Shown here: piece by piece, positions 50,609 through 63,585 of the stretch
Numbering within the stretch: position 1 is the first letter of the stretch
How the letters are laid out: every line of letters begins with the position of its first letter
Assembly: GCA_043228905.1 (NCBI GenBank)
Contig: JBHGNT010000011.1
Span: forward strand, 15,500,001-15,564,000
DNA from: Azolla caroliniana
Taxonomy: Eukaryota; Plantae; Polypodiophyta
Length of the DNA stretch: 64,000 bases
Direction of reading: 5' to 3'
The notes under the pieces: generated by a model
Told to the model about the DNA's origin: nothing
What the model saw: only the letters and a program-made list of their open reading frames with translations
Database searches by the model: none
Program-made: the position numbers and the translations under genes

Positions 50609-52603
50609 ATGGCGCTGCGATCCACTCGGCTTCGTCCCCTCCAAGATGAAAATGTACCAAATTCTCTACTCTCTGGTATGTCTTCATCCCCATGCCTGCT
50701 CCATTTCCCACGGTTTTCTTCAGGTGTGTTTTGTTTTTGTCTTCCGCGGTTGTTCTCCTTCAGATTCTGAACTTCCATGTAGGCTCTTTTTTCGTGGAAA
50801 TATGCGTTTGAGAATTCGTTTGAAAGCCAAGTTTTGGCAAATGTCAATTCATTCACAACAAGTATAGACTGTTATCGTCCGTGTACATTTGTACGCGAAA
50901 GAGGACGACGAAATATGTCTTTAATCATGAAGGAAAACTTTTCTTTTTTATTTCAAAAACTTTTGAGAACCAATATTGAAGAGGTTTGAACCAAGATTTC
51001 TCACAGTTTTTATGCTAATTTTTTTTCTTTCCGAAAAGTGTTTATGATCTGTAAGCTGTATATATATCTCCTTAAACGAATACTTTGACGGATAGTTTAC
51101 TTTTTTTTCAAGATTAATCAGCCAACGCACGCCTGCGTCAATTTAAACAGTTCGAAAGGAATGTCTTTTTTGTTGAGTTCTTCATCAGATTCCAAACACA
51201 GGTTTTCCTGTATTAGAGTGTTTCCGAAGAGTGTTTATGATCTGAACGCTGTATCTAAATCTCTTTAAACCAAAACTTTAACGGATAGTTTTCTTCGTTT
51301 TCGAGATTAATCAGCCAACGCATACCTGCGTAAATTTAAACAATTCGAAAGAAATGTCTTTTATATTCAGTTCCTCATCAGATTCCACACACATGTTTTC
51401 CTGGATTAGAGCTCGTAAAATATATGATTTATCACGGAATACAGTTTGCTCTATCTTAGAAGGCCTATTATGGTGCTCTAGATCTGAATTTAACTTGTGT
51501 CTTTCTTGATATCAGGAAAGAATCCCCTTAACGAACGAAAAGGTCTCCAGCAACAGCAAGGTCTTGTGGAAAGAAAAAAACTCTCTAACATCACCAATCA
51601 TGTCCCAACCCAAGCAAAGTTGTCTGGGAAAGCTTCTGTGGAGAAGGAGAGCTTCTCCATTAGAGCAGATTCTCAGAAGTCATCACGTCCTCCCCTCAAG
51701 AGCATCAGTAGTAATACCGCTTCTAAGCATGTCGATGAGACAATATGCAAAGCCACTTCCAAGCAGAAAGCCGAAGGAAAGACTCAGAACCTCGCCTTTC
51801 ATCTCCCACCTCGGTCCAAACTCAATCTGACAGAGGAAATGAAGAAGAACGCTGCTCTGTGGGCTGCAGAAGGAATTGAAAGCTTGCATGTCAGTGGAGA
51901 TGATATGGAAATGCTTCATAAGAAAGCGAGGGATGAAGGTATGTCTCATGATACATTCTAGAGTGATCTTGTAGGTTTTAGTTAAGAGCTTATAAGACGA
52001 ATACTCTTATCAAGCAGTTATGTAAGTGGCCATGGTTAAATGTATTGCTGTTATTTATTTTTCAGAAATAGCCAAGAGAGTCGAAATGACTAGGAACTAT
52101 CGAAGTTGCATTCCTTTCCCACGTGTATCTGCTCCTCATTCTGTGAGTTATATTTTATTTGCATGTTCGTGTCAAAATGTTGATGCTTCTGAGTTTTTCT
52201 TCATTCAATGAAGTATATTGTACCTCATTGTTTCCACGCTATTTCAAGATATTGAATTTTTCTTTTCAGTTCCCTTGGAAGCCTTTGGATGTCCTTGAAC
52301 CAGACATATTAAACGATCTTGATGATGACACGTGTGCTGATTTGAGAGGTAAATTACCACTTGAGTTTTGTCATGTTCTCATCTTTCTTTCTTGTTTATA
52401 CTTTAGATCTTGTGGTGCATTCAGTGAATTATTATTGTTGGATAGCATTATGACTAACAGTGTGTTCGATGTTCTGCACAGATATGGATGCTGACATGCA
52501 CATTAATGATGGATTATCGGGTTATATCGAATATTTTTCCGTTTGTTCACCCCCCAGGTTTACAGAAGGATGGCCTCAGATCAATGAGCACGTACAAAAC
52601 TAA
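50609..52603 (+). CDS. PATRONUS/securin-like protein (DEN box and D-boxes), ~255 aa
   Basis: Exons 50609-50675, 51516-51938, 52066-52142, 52270-52348, 52482-52603 are phase compatible. Motifs LQDEN, RKKLSNITN, RPPLKSISSN and WAAEGIESLH. The family call is from motifs only. Confidence 0.6.
51028..51410. repeat. Degenerate tandem duplication (~193-bp period) in an intron
   Basis: TTTCCGAA.AGTGTTTATGATCTG occurs at 51028 and 51221, followed by aligned blocks. Confidence 0.8.
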
Positions 52604-52661
52604 AAAGAACAGGGAGGAACGATTAGTTGATAATGATATGTGATGATTGATAATCATACTT

Positions 52662-52923
52662 CAACTTTAGTTTGGATTGAATCAGAATGGTATCATAACT
52701 TGTTTGACTGATGCTCAGGATACAAGTTCTAGGTTTACTATTTGTAAAGACATACAACTTTAGTTTGGATTGAATGGTATCATAACTTGTTTGAATGATG
52801 CTCGGGATACAAGTTCTAGGTTTACTATTTGTAAAGACATACAACTTTAGTTTGGATTGAATGGTATCATAACTTGTTTGAATGATGCTCAAGATACAAG
52901 TTCTAGGTGTACTATTTGTAAAG
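52662..52923. repeat. 3 x ~87-93-bp tandem repeat downstream of the PATRONUS-like gene
   Basis: CAACTTTAGTTTGGATTGAAT...TACTATTTGTAAAG starts near 52662, 52755 and 52842. Confidence 0.9.
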
Positions 52924-53668
52924 TAATACATACCACATGCAGACATTGTTAAGATGTTTTTTGTTTGCATTAGTTATGTGATGAAACTCTTAAAATTCAT
53001 TAAGGGTCACCTGTCTGACCTAGAAAGACTGGCATGTTTATCTCTATATGTAGAACAAATAGACACTCCATATCCTTGGAACTATCTATAAACGCACCTG
53101 TATGCACCAAACCACTGGCATGTATCTATATGTAGAAACAAACAGAGACTCCATATAAAGCTAATTGAAGTAGATTTTGAATTGAGAAAGCTGACCTTCA
53201 CTATTTCATGATTAAACACTCTTGAATCGAAGTGAAATAGAATATAAATAAATATTATACTTTATTAATGATTGCAGTGTCACATCAGATTAGTAAATAA
53301 AATGTTAATGGTATCGTTAACTGGCAATAGACACATAGTGTTTGTTTGATAGCAAATATATATTTTTCTCACAAAAAACATTGCCATGAATGAGGTTTCA
53401 AGGATGGAATTGTTGAAAATGAAACAAAAACAAAGTATATGTATTATTAAGAAAAAACCACTAGTCTGGTAACACCTTTAGCGTATGCTATATTGGAAAA
53501 ATATACACTTGCAACTCTCACAGATTGCGTTACTGGAAAAACATACAAAATTTACCATATTATTATTCCTGGGATGTGGCACTGAATACGCATGCATCAC
53601 CTCAACCTAGTGTTCACACCTACAAACCTTTTGATTACTAGGAATGACCTCAATATGGATTTATGCGA

Positions 53669-56600
53669 TTAGCCACCCACATGAGATTCTTGAAAATCCA
53701 ATTCCAAAAGAGTTCTGAGGGAGTACTCAGGGAACCCTTCTCGTTGCTTAATGAAATGACCCTCTCCCTTCAGCTCATGATAATCAATCCATGGTAAGCA
53801 CCTATGGACAACTCGCTGAAGTACAACAGGTACAAGGTAGTCTTCATCTCCTTGCCATATATGCACACGACCTGGCCGTGAAGAAAACGGATTCTCAATA
53901 TCACATGGGTCGAAAACCCAGTCCCCAAACATTGTTGTCACATCTCTGCATAGGGATTCTCCAATTCCTTGTTTGGTTCCTTCATCAAACTAAAACTCAA
54001 ACATTGTAATATTAGGAACCTCAATCGTGGTCACTCATCATATTTCAGACATTTTGTATCATTAGTTGTGCAATGTAGATTACCTCTAATTACATTTTGA
54101 TATCTAATAGCTACCTATCTTATCTGAATAAAGCAATAGAGATCCTTAAAACTGCAAGCACGAGTGAGATGAAGAAATTACCTCGGCTAATTTCTCTGGG
54201 GGCCAATTACTTATAGCTCGTAGTACTTCTCTATCTGATGCATTCACAACTTCTGGCCTGAGCTGTAAACCATTAGCTTTGGGTATCCAAGGATGGGTCA
54301 AGAATAGGTAAGTGAGGCTCGGCACATAATGCACGACTCGCAAGAAAACACGATCCATCAGTGTCTGAGTTCTAAAAGCGTTCTTAAACTCATCTTTACT
54401 GACACACTTCCACCAAAAGTTGGTAACTGGCACCATCATCCCCACTCCAGCTAGCCTATTTAAAATAACAATCCAGGTTCTCTTATGTAAAACAAATAGA
54501 TCACAATAAATGGGTAGTACATGATACATATTTCAGCGAAAACATGAGACTAAAGAGATATTCCAGAGTAATAAGATGCTCGCCCTATGTGGTACTTGAA
54601 CTTTACAATAACAAGAAGCTCAACATGAACACTAGCTCTCACAAATATCTTACTTCTCTTCAGCATATATACATACTATCAATACCAACTCATTTATGTG
54701 ATACTTAACTTCAACGATAAAAAGAGGCTCAGCATATCTACTAAGTAACAATAGCAAATAGCAAGAGGATTTCTCTCAATAACAAGAAGCTCAACATGAA
54801 CACTAGCTCTCACAAATATCTTACTTCTCTTCAGCATATATACATACTATCAATACCAACTCATTTATGTGATACTTAACTTCAACGATAAGAAGAGGCT
54901 CAGCATATCTACTAAGTAACAATAGCAAATAGCAAGAGGATTTCTCTCACATATGTTGTGCTTTAGCTTTAACAATAACAAGAGGTATGAGATATACACC
55001 AAATTAGCAAGGGACTCACCTTTCTGGTATGTATTTCAAGCAGCTCCACCCTGAATATCCACCAATTGATTCTGTTAAGAGGTAAAAAGTATCTCCAAAC
55101 CCAAGAAGATCTGCGATTTGCTCTATGTCACGAGCCTCACTTTCTAGACCTCTTCCTGGATTGGGATCACTCTGTCCATACCCAGCTCTGTCAAAGCTCA
55201 ACACATGGATAGAATGCTTTTGGAGGAATTCCTGGAAACGAGCAGTGTAAAGAATGTACCCCTCATCTTTTTGCCTATTTACCAGTATGGCTCTTAGTTT
55301 TATATAGTTATTGCAATATCCTTCTGTTAGCAATATGTTTTTTTAATCAACACATAATTCAAATCAGTTAGTCACTAATTACATAACTGAGTTAGCTTGC
55401 CCCCTAAATAGAGATTGCTTCCCAATCGATCAATAGCCTGAACAGACTAACTAATTAATCAGCCTATTAGGCACTAATTATGAGCAAAAGTAACTTGCCT
55501 AATTAAAACCAAACATAACTTTACTTAAATTTTATAGATATTTAGGTAGTCAAAGGATGTAGGAAAAAAATGCAACAATCAAATACCTACTGGCAATAAA
55601 ATCAACCAAATAAAAAGAATGCCTTGAACAGACACAGACCTGAGGGAAGTCTGGAACCTGAAGACGACTTCCATTGAATCCGTGCACGAAGATGACTTTG
55701 TATTGTGCTATTTCGCGAGGAATAGTACCAGTTTCTTTATACGCAATGTGGCGTCCATCCTTCAGCTTTATTCGAGATGCAGTGATGATTGGGCCATCAG
55801 GAGATCCACAGATCTTTGGAGGAGGAGGTTTTATCGATCTATGTATTGACCTATACAGAGATCTATGAAGCCATATTGTGAATATCCCCGCACCTGCTAC
55901 TACCACTAGCCCTATAACTGCACAATGTGGGAAAAGGATGTTTCAAGGAAGCATGTGATGACTTGATCATTATGCGAATTTCTACCAAGGAACCTATTTT
56001 ATTACAAGTTGCTACAACATCAAAAATTACAAAAGCTTGATGATTCCTTCATTACAATATTACAGTAAAGAAGTTTATTAATCAGTGCAAATTTTCTGGA
56101 GAAAGCTTGCTCTTATTTGAGTAGTGCATGAAAAAAGGAAGTTTGCCTGTTAAGAGAGTTCTTCTGAAAACATCAGTAGTAAACATGTATTAAACGTGAA
56201 TGAAATATACGCATGCATGGTGAAATAAAATAAGCTTTGATTCTCACAAGTTATTAGCTAAGGATGGAGAAAATGAAGCTGAATTCCACAAAAAAACATA
56301 ACAAAGGAACAGGTAGAAAGCAACGTATAAGTGTAATTATGGGGAAAATGAAGCTAAAATTGTAGAAGACAATGAATTTCATACATCTTCATTTCTGAGA
56401 GAGTTTCCGATAATCTAAGGTTAAAGAAATTTTGAGGCTTAAATGATCATATCACACAGAAAAGCATTGGATCTTCAATAAGAAAAGCTTTAAGACCAGA
56501 AACACATAAAAAGAAACTAAAAAATAAATAGAAACAAAGAATAAACAAAAGGTTTAATCTGTATTTTTACGCACCATTAAAGGCTGGTTGACGAGGGAAG

Positions 56601-56880
56601 TTAAAATGACGTCAATTATATTACATAGACCTACAAAGATTTTAAAAAGATTACTAGAGGTAAACAAGAAAGTCTGCTCACAGATGGAAAAAGAGAAATT
56701 AAGAGAAACTAGAGACTTACGCCTTTGTTTTCGAAACCTTCGGGACTGAATTGAGCTAATAATAATATGATATCTGGATATATTCAAAGCCATTATATCA
56801 CACACAAATGAGAATGAAGGGTCTACATGAAGGAAAGAGTTGAAGGAAGGGATATGGAGAGAACGAAAGAAGAGAAACTG

Positions 56881-56923
<43 letters not shown>

Positions 56924-56987
56924 CATCTTTACCTCGGTTGTGAGATGGAGGGAAGGCGTGCTGCCACGAGCAAGGAAGGAGAGGCAT
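53669..56987 (-). CDS. Plant alpha/beta-hydrolase (esterase/lipase-like, N-terminal membrane anchor), ~379 aa
   Basis: Exons 56987-56933, 55917-55640, 55231-55020, 54455-54182, 53989-53669 are in frame. Motifs PPPPKICGSPDGP, RIKLKDGRHIAY, VHGF, FDRAGYGQSDPNP, ESIGG, WQGDED and GEGH. Confidence 0.9.
54606..54948. repeat. Near-perfect 171-bp tandem duplication in an intron
   Basis: Units start at 54606 and 54777 with about one visible mismatch. Confidence 0.92.
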
Positions 56988-59976
56988 GGCCAAATATACC
57001 AGAAGGAAAGCTCTCTTCCTTTCCTTCTTCTTCTTCTTCTTCTTCTTCTTCTTCTTCGTCTTCGTCTTCGTCTTCTCCTTTTCAAACTAGTCTACTGGTT
57101 TTCTTCGCTTCCATGTTCTTCTAAGTTCCGACGTGCTCTCAGCCCTTCTACTATTTCCGAATCTTTCAACCACACACGTTCAGTTTAGTTTTTTGTTCTG
57201 TATAAATGGTTCGGTTCGGTTTGGTTTCAAGGCAAAGAAACCGAACCGAGCACATTGCTACGTGTGTGTGTGTGTGTGTGTGTTCTAGTAGTAGTAGTGC
57301 TTGTGTCTAGGGAGGGGGAGGGCGGCTAAGCCTAAAAGCTCATACCAAGCCAGGACATGGGGACCCAAAATACCAAAGTGTCCGTCCACATCATGCTCGT
57401 GTTGTTATGTCCCAAGAGCCTCCTCCTTCGTCACCTTTATCTTACCTCAAATCATCCCAACTCAAAATCGATGCCTCATCGTTCCACATCAAACTCGATT
57501 TGAACCATGACTCACTGGTAGATGCATTATATTCCGCACAAATGAGCCTCATCAACTGCTTTCTAGCCCATGAATCCTCAACCAATCCTTCGTAAACCAC
57601 TCAAAGCATTGAAGTAAACCACCATGGTAGAGTTGGGAGAAGGATCATAGTACTCGTAGAAGAAGGTGATGCTGCTTCAAAAACATTATGGACTTTCCAC
57701 CTTTTCCAATGCTAAGATGATGAAAGGAACCGAGTTTTGCAATGAGATGTATAGGGAAACTGTATACCAAAAGAATGACTTGGATCGTACAAAGGAACGC
57801 CTTTCCGAAATGATTGTTGCATACAAACATAATTTGATGAGCTTGTCAAACAATGGGTTCATAGAGTATGCGGTGCAAAGTCAGAGAACTCACTCATTCG
57901 TGACTTCTTCTATATGGGTAGAGGAATGTTGATGTCAAAAGAACCAAACCACACAAGTGTGAAAACAAGAATAAGGATAAGGATTCTTGAGGACGTGCCA
58001 ATTTAAAGTGTAGCATCTTGTAGCTATGTAAATATATGCACATGTTCAGATCATGATCCATGTGTAATGAAAATGGTATCCATTGTAAATCCTAATAATT
58101 GAAAGGATGTGATGTTGTGAGGCATTGCCATATCTAACTTGTTGTCTATTTTTTTGTGTCAGTGTTTGAGAGTAAGACAAAGGAGACAAAGATATCCCAC
58201 AAAGGAAATCCATGTGGAGAGAGGGAGAGTGATTTAATTATTGTTAGTAGAGGGTAAATATGATGTACAAAAAGTAATAAAGATATCTTGACATCTTTTA
58301 AGAGGCCAAATAGATGTATGAATCTGAGCAAGAGATTCCAATCAATTGCAAAATGCATATGTATATCATATATGTATATGTATAACATCTAGTAGCAGCC
58401 AAAATCAGCCTATGAGACAAATAACGATTACAAATATGGCTGAATCTGGGTTATCTATACTAAATGAAAATCAAAAGCTGTAGGTTTCCTAAAGATACAT
58501 GACCCTCGCATGCCTTATCCTATTCACACCAAAAGTGAGAGACGATATGAGATTGGAAGGTCTTAGAATAGAGAGTATAGACTCATCCATTGAGTTATGT
58601 GCTTCTTAATAACTAAGATTGGAACTTTCTTGTTTGGTTGTATCAAAATTTATAAAATGTGTTTGTTTGTGCAACTTGAAACAACCTTTTGTATTAGGAC
58701 ATGGGACACAAAAGAACTCGTATAAATTTGAGTTCTTCCATAGGCCCGACATAACTTTGCCAAAGGCTTATATGGACAGAAACAACTCTTATATTATTAG
58801 CAAATTGAACGGAACATCAGAATGATCGATTGACTTCTTCTATAAGGCCTCACCTCTGCCAGATACATGATAAAGAGTCACCGTTGAACGTGCATGGGCT
58901 GCAAATACGGGCTACATGGCTCATTAAGCATACTAATACCATATCCAAATATCATTTCTACCATGTGAGACCCACCTAAAATCTGATTAATGCACATCAT
59001 TCCAACCTCCACAACAACCAATATCAAAGACCTCATCCTTTCCAGCCACAAGTCATCTAGGTGTAATCTTCAATTTTATCAAACCATAGACAAAATAAGT
59101 GACCACATGTATTGGCTTAAACAATCATGCCACAATTTTCTATTACCGTAGCTTTGAAATCTCGTCGTGTTAATGTCGTTCAACTTTCTCACACTTAACC
59201 TTCATGGTGAGAGAGGCGTCGATAAAAATGTATCTAAACAATCTGACAAAACTGTTGATATAGTAGCTACTCCTTTTCTGCTGAATAGTAGTATTATTGA
59301 GTTAAAGAACTAAAAAAGCTGAGAATATGTTATGTCAGGAAGTTCTACAAATATTCCTTGTGAATCCATATATAACTATGACCTTTGGTCACGTTGTAGT
59401 CCTCAGGAATTGAAGGATCCATTTCAACATAAAATACATTGGCTCTAATAAACAACAAAATGCTCATCAAATATTCTTTCCCTTAGTTTCTGGTGACCAT
59501 TGTCCAAAGGCAAAACCTTTCTGATTCATGATTTTCTCCTCCGAAGAGATTTATCATCTGTATATGATAATATAGTTGGTTGGGTCATATCTCTCCAATG
59601 GTGACCATTGTCCAAGGTAAACTTTTCTAATTCATGACCATTATCATTCACTCTATACACCACCTTGATCTGAACAAAAAGATAAGCCAAAAAACAGATA
59701 TTATGTTAGTTAATAGTACATAAAAAGTTATGACTCATGATTGAAATACTTATGCAGCCCATCTCATATCTGACCACACACTACAGCTCAATCATCAGAA
59801 ACCATAATTACTGTTTGTGGAAGGAGGCATTGAAATTGGAACAGTAAAAGAAGAGAGAAGTGTCAACCTTGACATAATTAGAATTTCTCAATGGTTCACA
59901 TAATTTGCTAAAGTCATGTCAAACAAAATAAATATAATGCAGGCTAATTATAAATCGACTAACTCATTATAGAAAT

Positions 59977-60106
59977 CCATGTCTGGCCCGTATCTGTCCG
60001 TACAGTTGAATTACCACAGCACAGTCATCAGAAACCATAGTTTACTGTTTGGAGATAGGCATAGAAGTTGCATTATCTTAAATGCGACCTTTAATGCTTC
60101 TCCCAA
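59977..60106 (-). ncRNA. Box H/ACA scaRNA predicted to guide U2 snRNA pseudouridine 44 (best copy)
   Basis: Minus strand shows hairpin GGAGA...TCTCC, H box ACAGTA, hairpin TGGTTT-CTGATGA-CTGTGC...GTACGG-ACAGATAC-GGGCCA, then ACA. The pocket pairs with U2 GUAUCUGU[UC]UUAUCAG and sits 15 nt from the ACA. Confidence 0.7.
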
Positions 60107-60252
60107 TGGAATCATGAATGAAGTAGAAGCATCAACTTTGTGAACCGAAACATTTAGATTGTTCGGGATGGTCTACAAAATTAGCTGAAGACTTTATTAA
60201 AATAAAGATAGTGCCTGTTCATTATAAATAGATTATGACTCGGGATAAAATT

Positions 60253-60382
60253 TGGTATCTGGCCCGTATCTGTCCGCACAGTTGAATTACCACAGCACAG
60301 TCATCAGAAACCATGATTATTATTTGGAGATGGCATAGAAGTTGCAAGTATCTTAAATACAACTTGTCATGCTTCTCCCAAT
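60253..60382 (-). ncRNA. Second H/ACA scaRNA copy (AUA variant of the ACA box, intact U2 guide)
   Basis: Same two-hairpin layout with CTGATGA/ACAGATAC guide, 276 bp from the first copy. Confidence 0.55.
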
Positions 60383-61197
60383 GAAATCATAAATGAAGTG
60401 AGAAGAATCAACTTCGAATAGAGAAACATTTAGAGTTTTACCCGACAATCTACATACTTAGCTGGCAAACGAAATACAAATCAAAATAAAAATAGAGTTA
60501 ATTATAAACAGATTGTGACTCGTGATAAAAATACATCTGGACCATATATGTCCACACAGTTGAATTACTAACCACAGTCAACAGAACCCAGAATTACTGT
60601 TTGGAGAAAGGCATAGAAGCTCGAAGTATCTTACTTCAACAATTCAAGCTTGTCCAATAAAGGGCGAGAAGTGTTCACTTTGACTAGTGAAATATTTAGA
60701 GTTTCAGCAAAAATTTGTCTTCAGTAACTTACTGTGTAACAGTGCTTATAAAGATATAAGGTATTATCATCTATGATTATGGATCATGATACACTGCTTG
60801 AAAATTGTATTTACCTTTTATATCAAAAATATTGCAGCAAACAATTTAGCAGCACACACAAGATGCACAATTGAGCCTGCAGTTCCTTACACCCATAAGA
60901 ATGCATACTATCTATTTCCTTTAACCTCTCAACCATATGCATTTGAAGAGTCTTAACCATATGTATTTCAAAGGCCTATCATTTAATATATATTCATAAC
61001 AATTACTCTGTTTGATATTGTACGAATAAGCAACTATGGTCTCAGTAAGCTCATATCTCTCATGACCCTGAAGTATAGCATGCTTCCTAAACTTTGAGTC
61101 GCACATTTTATAATATAAGTGATACTCTATATCTGCATTTCATTCTCGATTAAAAAATTAAAACATACAATAAGGCATGTGACACTGGCATACAAAC

Positions 61198-63585
61198 CTA
61201 CTAATCCAGATTCTAAAGCAGCATGCAGGCTTTCTCGGGCAGATTTGGGCAGAAGGACTGATGAAATTTCTATATCAGTGTATACCCCAGATTCTGAGCA
61301 CACCATATTGTACAGTTCTGTGCACAGAGGGAAGATATTCCATAATTCAAGCAACATAATTCCTGGAAATTTAAGTGATAATCAGTTAGTTCAGTCACTC
61401 ACCTTCCTCATCATGGATCACAATAAGTGCTTTTGCTCCGGCACCTTGAGCCTCCCGAGCTTTTGTCATGAAACTGCAATTTCCACAAGTCACTAAAAGA
61501 ATATCCCCTGTCAACTGAAATGATAAGAAGGAGATTTAACCAAATTAAGGCAGCCAATGTCATACATGGAGTTTATGAATACAATTATATCCAGATGATC
61601 TACTGATAACGATTATATACAGTCACGATGAAATACAATGCTGTAGAGCCAATATTCTAAAGGATGTCAGAAGTACAATACAATGATAAAAAAGTAATAC
61701 GCGATAACAACCTGAGAAGAGTAATGAGAACAGTTATTGAAAGGACTTGCTAGCACCAACGAAGCTGTAATAGTCTGATCCTCTTTGGTGGGTAAAAGGG
61801 ATCCAAATCTGGCACTCAACCCTGCAAAATCTTTAAATTCGGCCCCATCTATGGAGTACCTGACTTTCACCTGATATACCATTTTAATGGTTAAGAGTGG
61901 ATCCAAGTTAATAGAGCTTGTCGATTATCACTAATTGCTCTCATAATCATGAGAGTAGTACTGAATAACCGATAATAAATGAAAATCACTTACTAAGATT
62001 AACAGAATCACTCTCCCACCTAATCAATCCCCTTATCTAAGGTCAAATCACCCCATTAGAGAAGACCTCTAACATGATCCTTTGAAAGAGTTGTACATAC
62101 AAGACATAGGCAGGTGCTGTCACATGGATTCATTCAAATAGTGGGTGGTAAGAAAAATAGATGCACAAGAGAAACTAGCTGATTATATAACTCATAATCT
62201 TGACTGTGCATCCACAATGCCTGTGTCCAACCATAACTACACATCATTTCTATCATTAGTGATCAGCAGTAAAGGTTTCCTTATTGGCTGTGCTGGCCCC
62301 TGAATTAACTCTAAACCTTAGAAATTGTGCATGAATAATGTACGTCCAGGGCGTTGATTCCCTCCATGTTCCATCATCACTCATTTTTAGAATCGCCCTC
62401 CATGTTCCTTTGATGAGGAAGAGATATTCATAAGGAAACAGAGGCTTATGCAGGATCCTTTCAGAATGATACCCACACGGATAGTTTGGAATGCTGTTGG
62501 ATCATGCTGATGCTTGTAGCACAGGGATCCTTGATGTCTTGTTCAGTTCTTGGGTAGGTTGATCTTTTTATTGACAACTCAATGAGCTTTTCTTTCTGTA
62601 TGGGTGAGATATCACTTAACATTATGAATATACTGTTTTTGGATCTTACAGACCACTTTGCCTCTGCAGAGCATCGAACTTTCTTTTTTATCCAGCGCCC
62701 ATTAGACTAATGAATGGCGGACAGGTCTACTTCTAATGTTTTTGACTCACAACGTTATATTAAATATGTTATAGTGTGCACTCATAGCAAAACGTGTCAT
62801 GTCCATCATCAGTAGAATATACCATAATGCTATCTGACAGCTCAATCCTGATTGGTCTGTATGAAGCATTTTCCTATCTAATTCCTATATATAATAAATA
62901 TACATTCGTGACAACTATCCTTGTCATAATCTGTGAAACAGTTTCTCCAATCAGGACTTGACATGCAATTCATCAGATCGACTAGTTTTTAGCTTATCAA
63001 TTGCTAGGTGGAATAATTTTGTCAATCTATAGAGATTATATGCCCATATCTTATTGTATAGAATTGTGTTGCTAATCAGGCAACAGGACCTCAGAATACC
63101 TTTCGTTGTTCAAAAAACAGCATATCTGTACCACGTAAACTAGTTTTATCAATGCACATATAAGAAAATGCTATTTTGAGGTCCTGTTTTTTTGAGAAAC
63201 ATGATTCAGCCGGATAAGACATGAATATCATCTTCCATCTGATATGGTTGGATAGCTTTGGTTATCAAACGAAACAGGAGATCCGAATACATCAGCTAAT
63301 GGCACAAACACCATACCCATCATCAGATGGAATAATTTAAAAATGAACAGCGAACACCGTATCCATTTTATCAGGAGTTGAACAGCCTTGCAAATCAATA
63401 CAAACAAGATCTCAGAAGCCTTACTAGTTGAAATGCGTTATCACATCCTGGCTGTTTAGGTCCATGATCATCATCGCCGGATGTCTCATAGCAGAGACCA
63501 AGTTGCAGAAAACCAGAGTGAATGATCTTCAGGGAGAATGCAGGCTGCAGCTATGGCTAGCAAGCTGCCAAGGAGAGAATCTCAT
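61198..63585 (-). pseudogene. Signal peptide peptidase-like (SPPL) 5' fragment, PA-domain exons only
   Basis: Exons ~63585-63425 (GDDDHGPKQPGCDNAFQL), 61870-61712 (VKVR...GLSARFG), 61514-61403 (CGNCSFMTKAREAQGAGA) and 61317-61198 (ELYNMVCSE). No open frame links an ATG to the first exon core, and I found no downstream transmembrane protease exons. Confidence 0.7.

Larger units (their letters stand above)
59755..60700 (-). repeat. Four-copy tandem array (~277-bp unit) containing the scaRNA; outer copies degenerate
   Basis: Homologous blocks near 59760, 59983, 60259 and 60537. Confidence 0.85.

Noticed and set aside
57207-57250. AACCGAACCG / CGGTTCGGTT clusters (also 63915-63980)
   Set aside because: This is a common plant repeat-associated motif, and I could not define element boundaries or a TSD.
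62258-62388. Possible C/D snoRNA on the minus strand (GTGATGA ... CTGA)
   Set aside because: The terminal stem is weak, and the best complementarity I could recall (9 nt to the 18S 3' end) is not positioned as a methylation guide.
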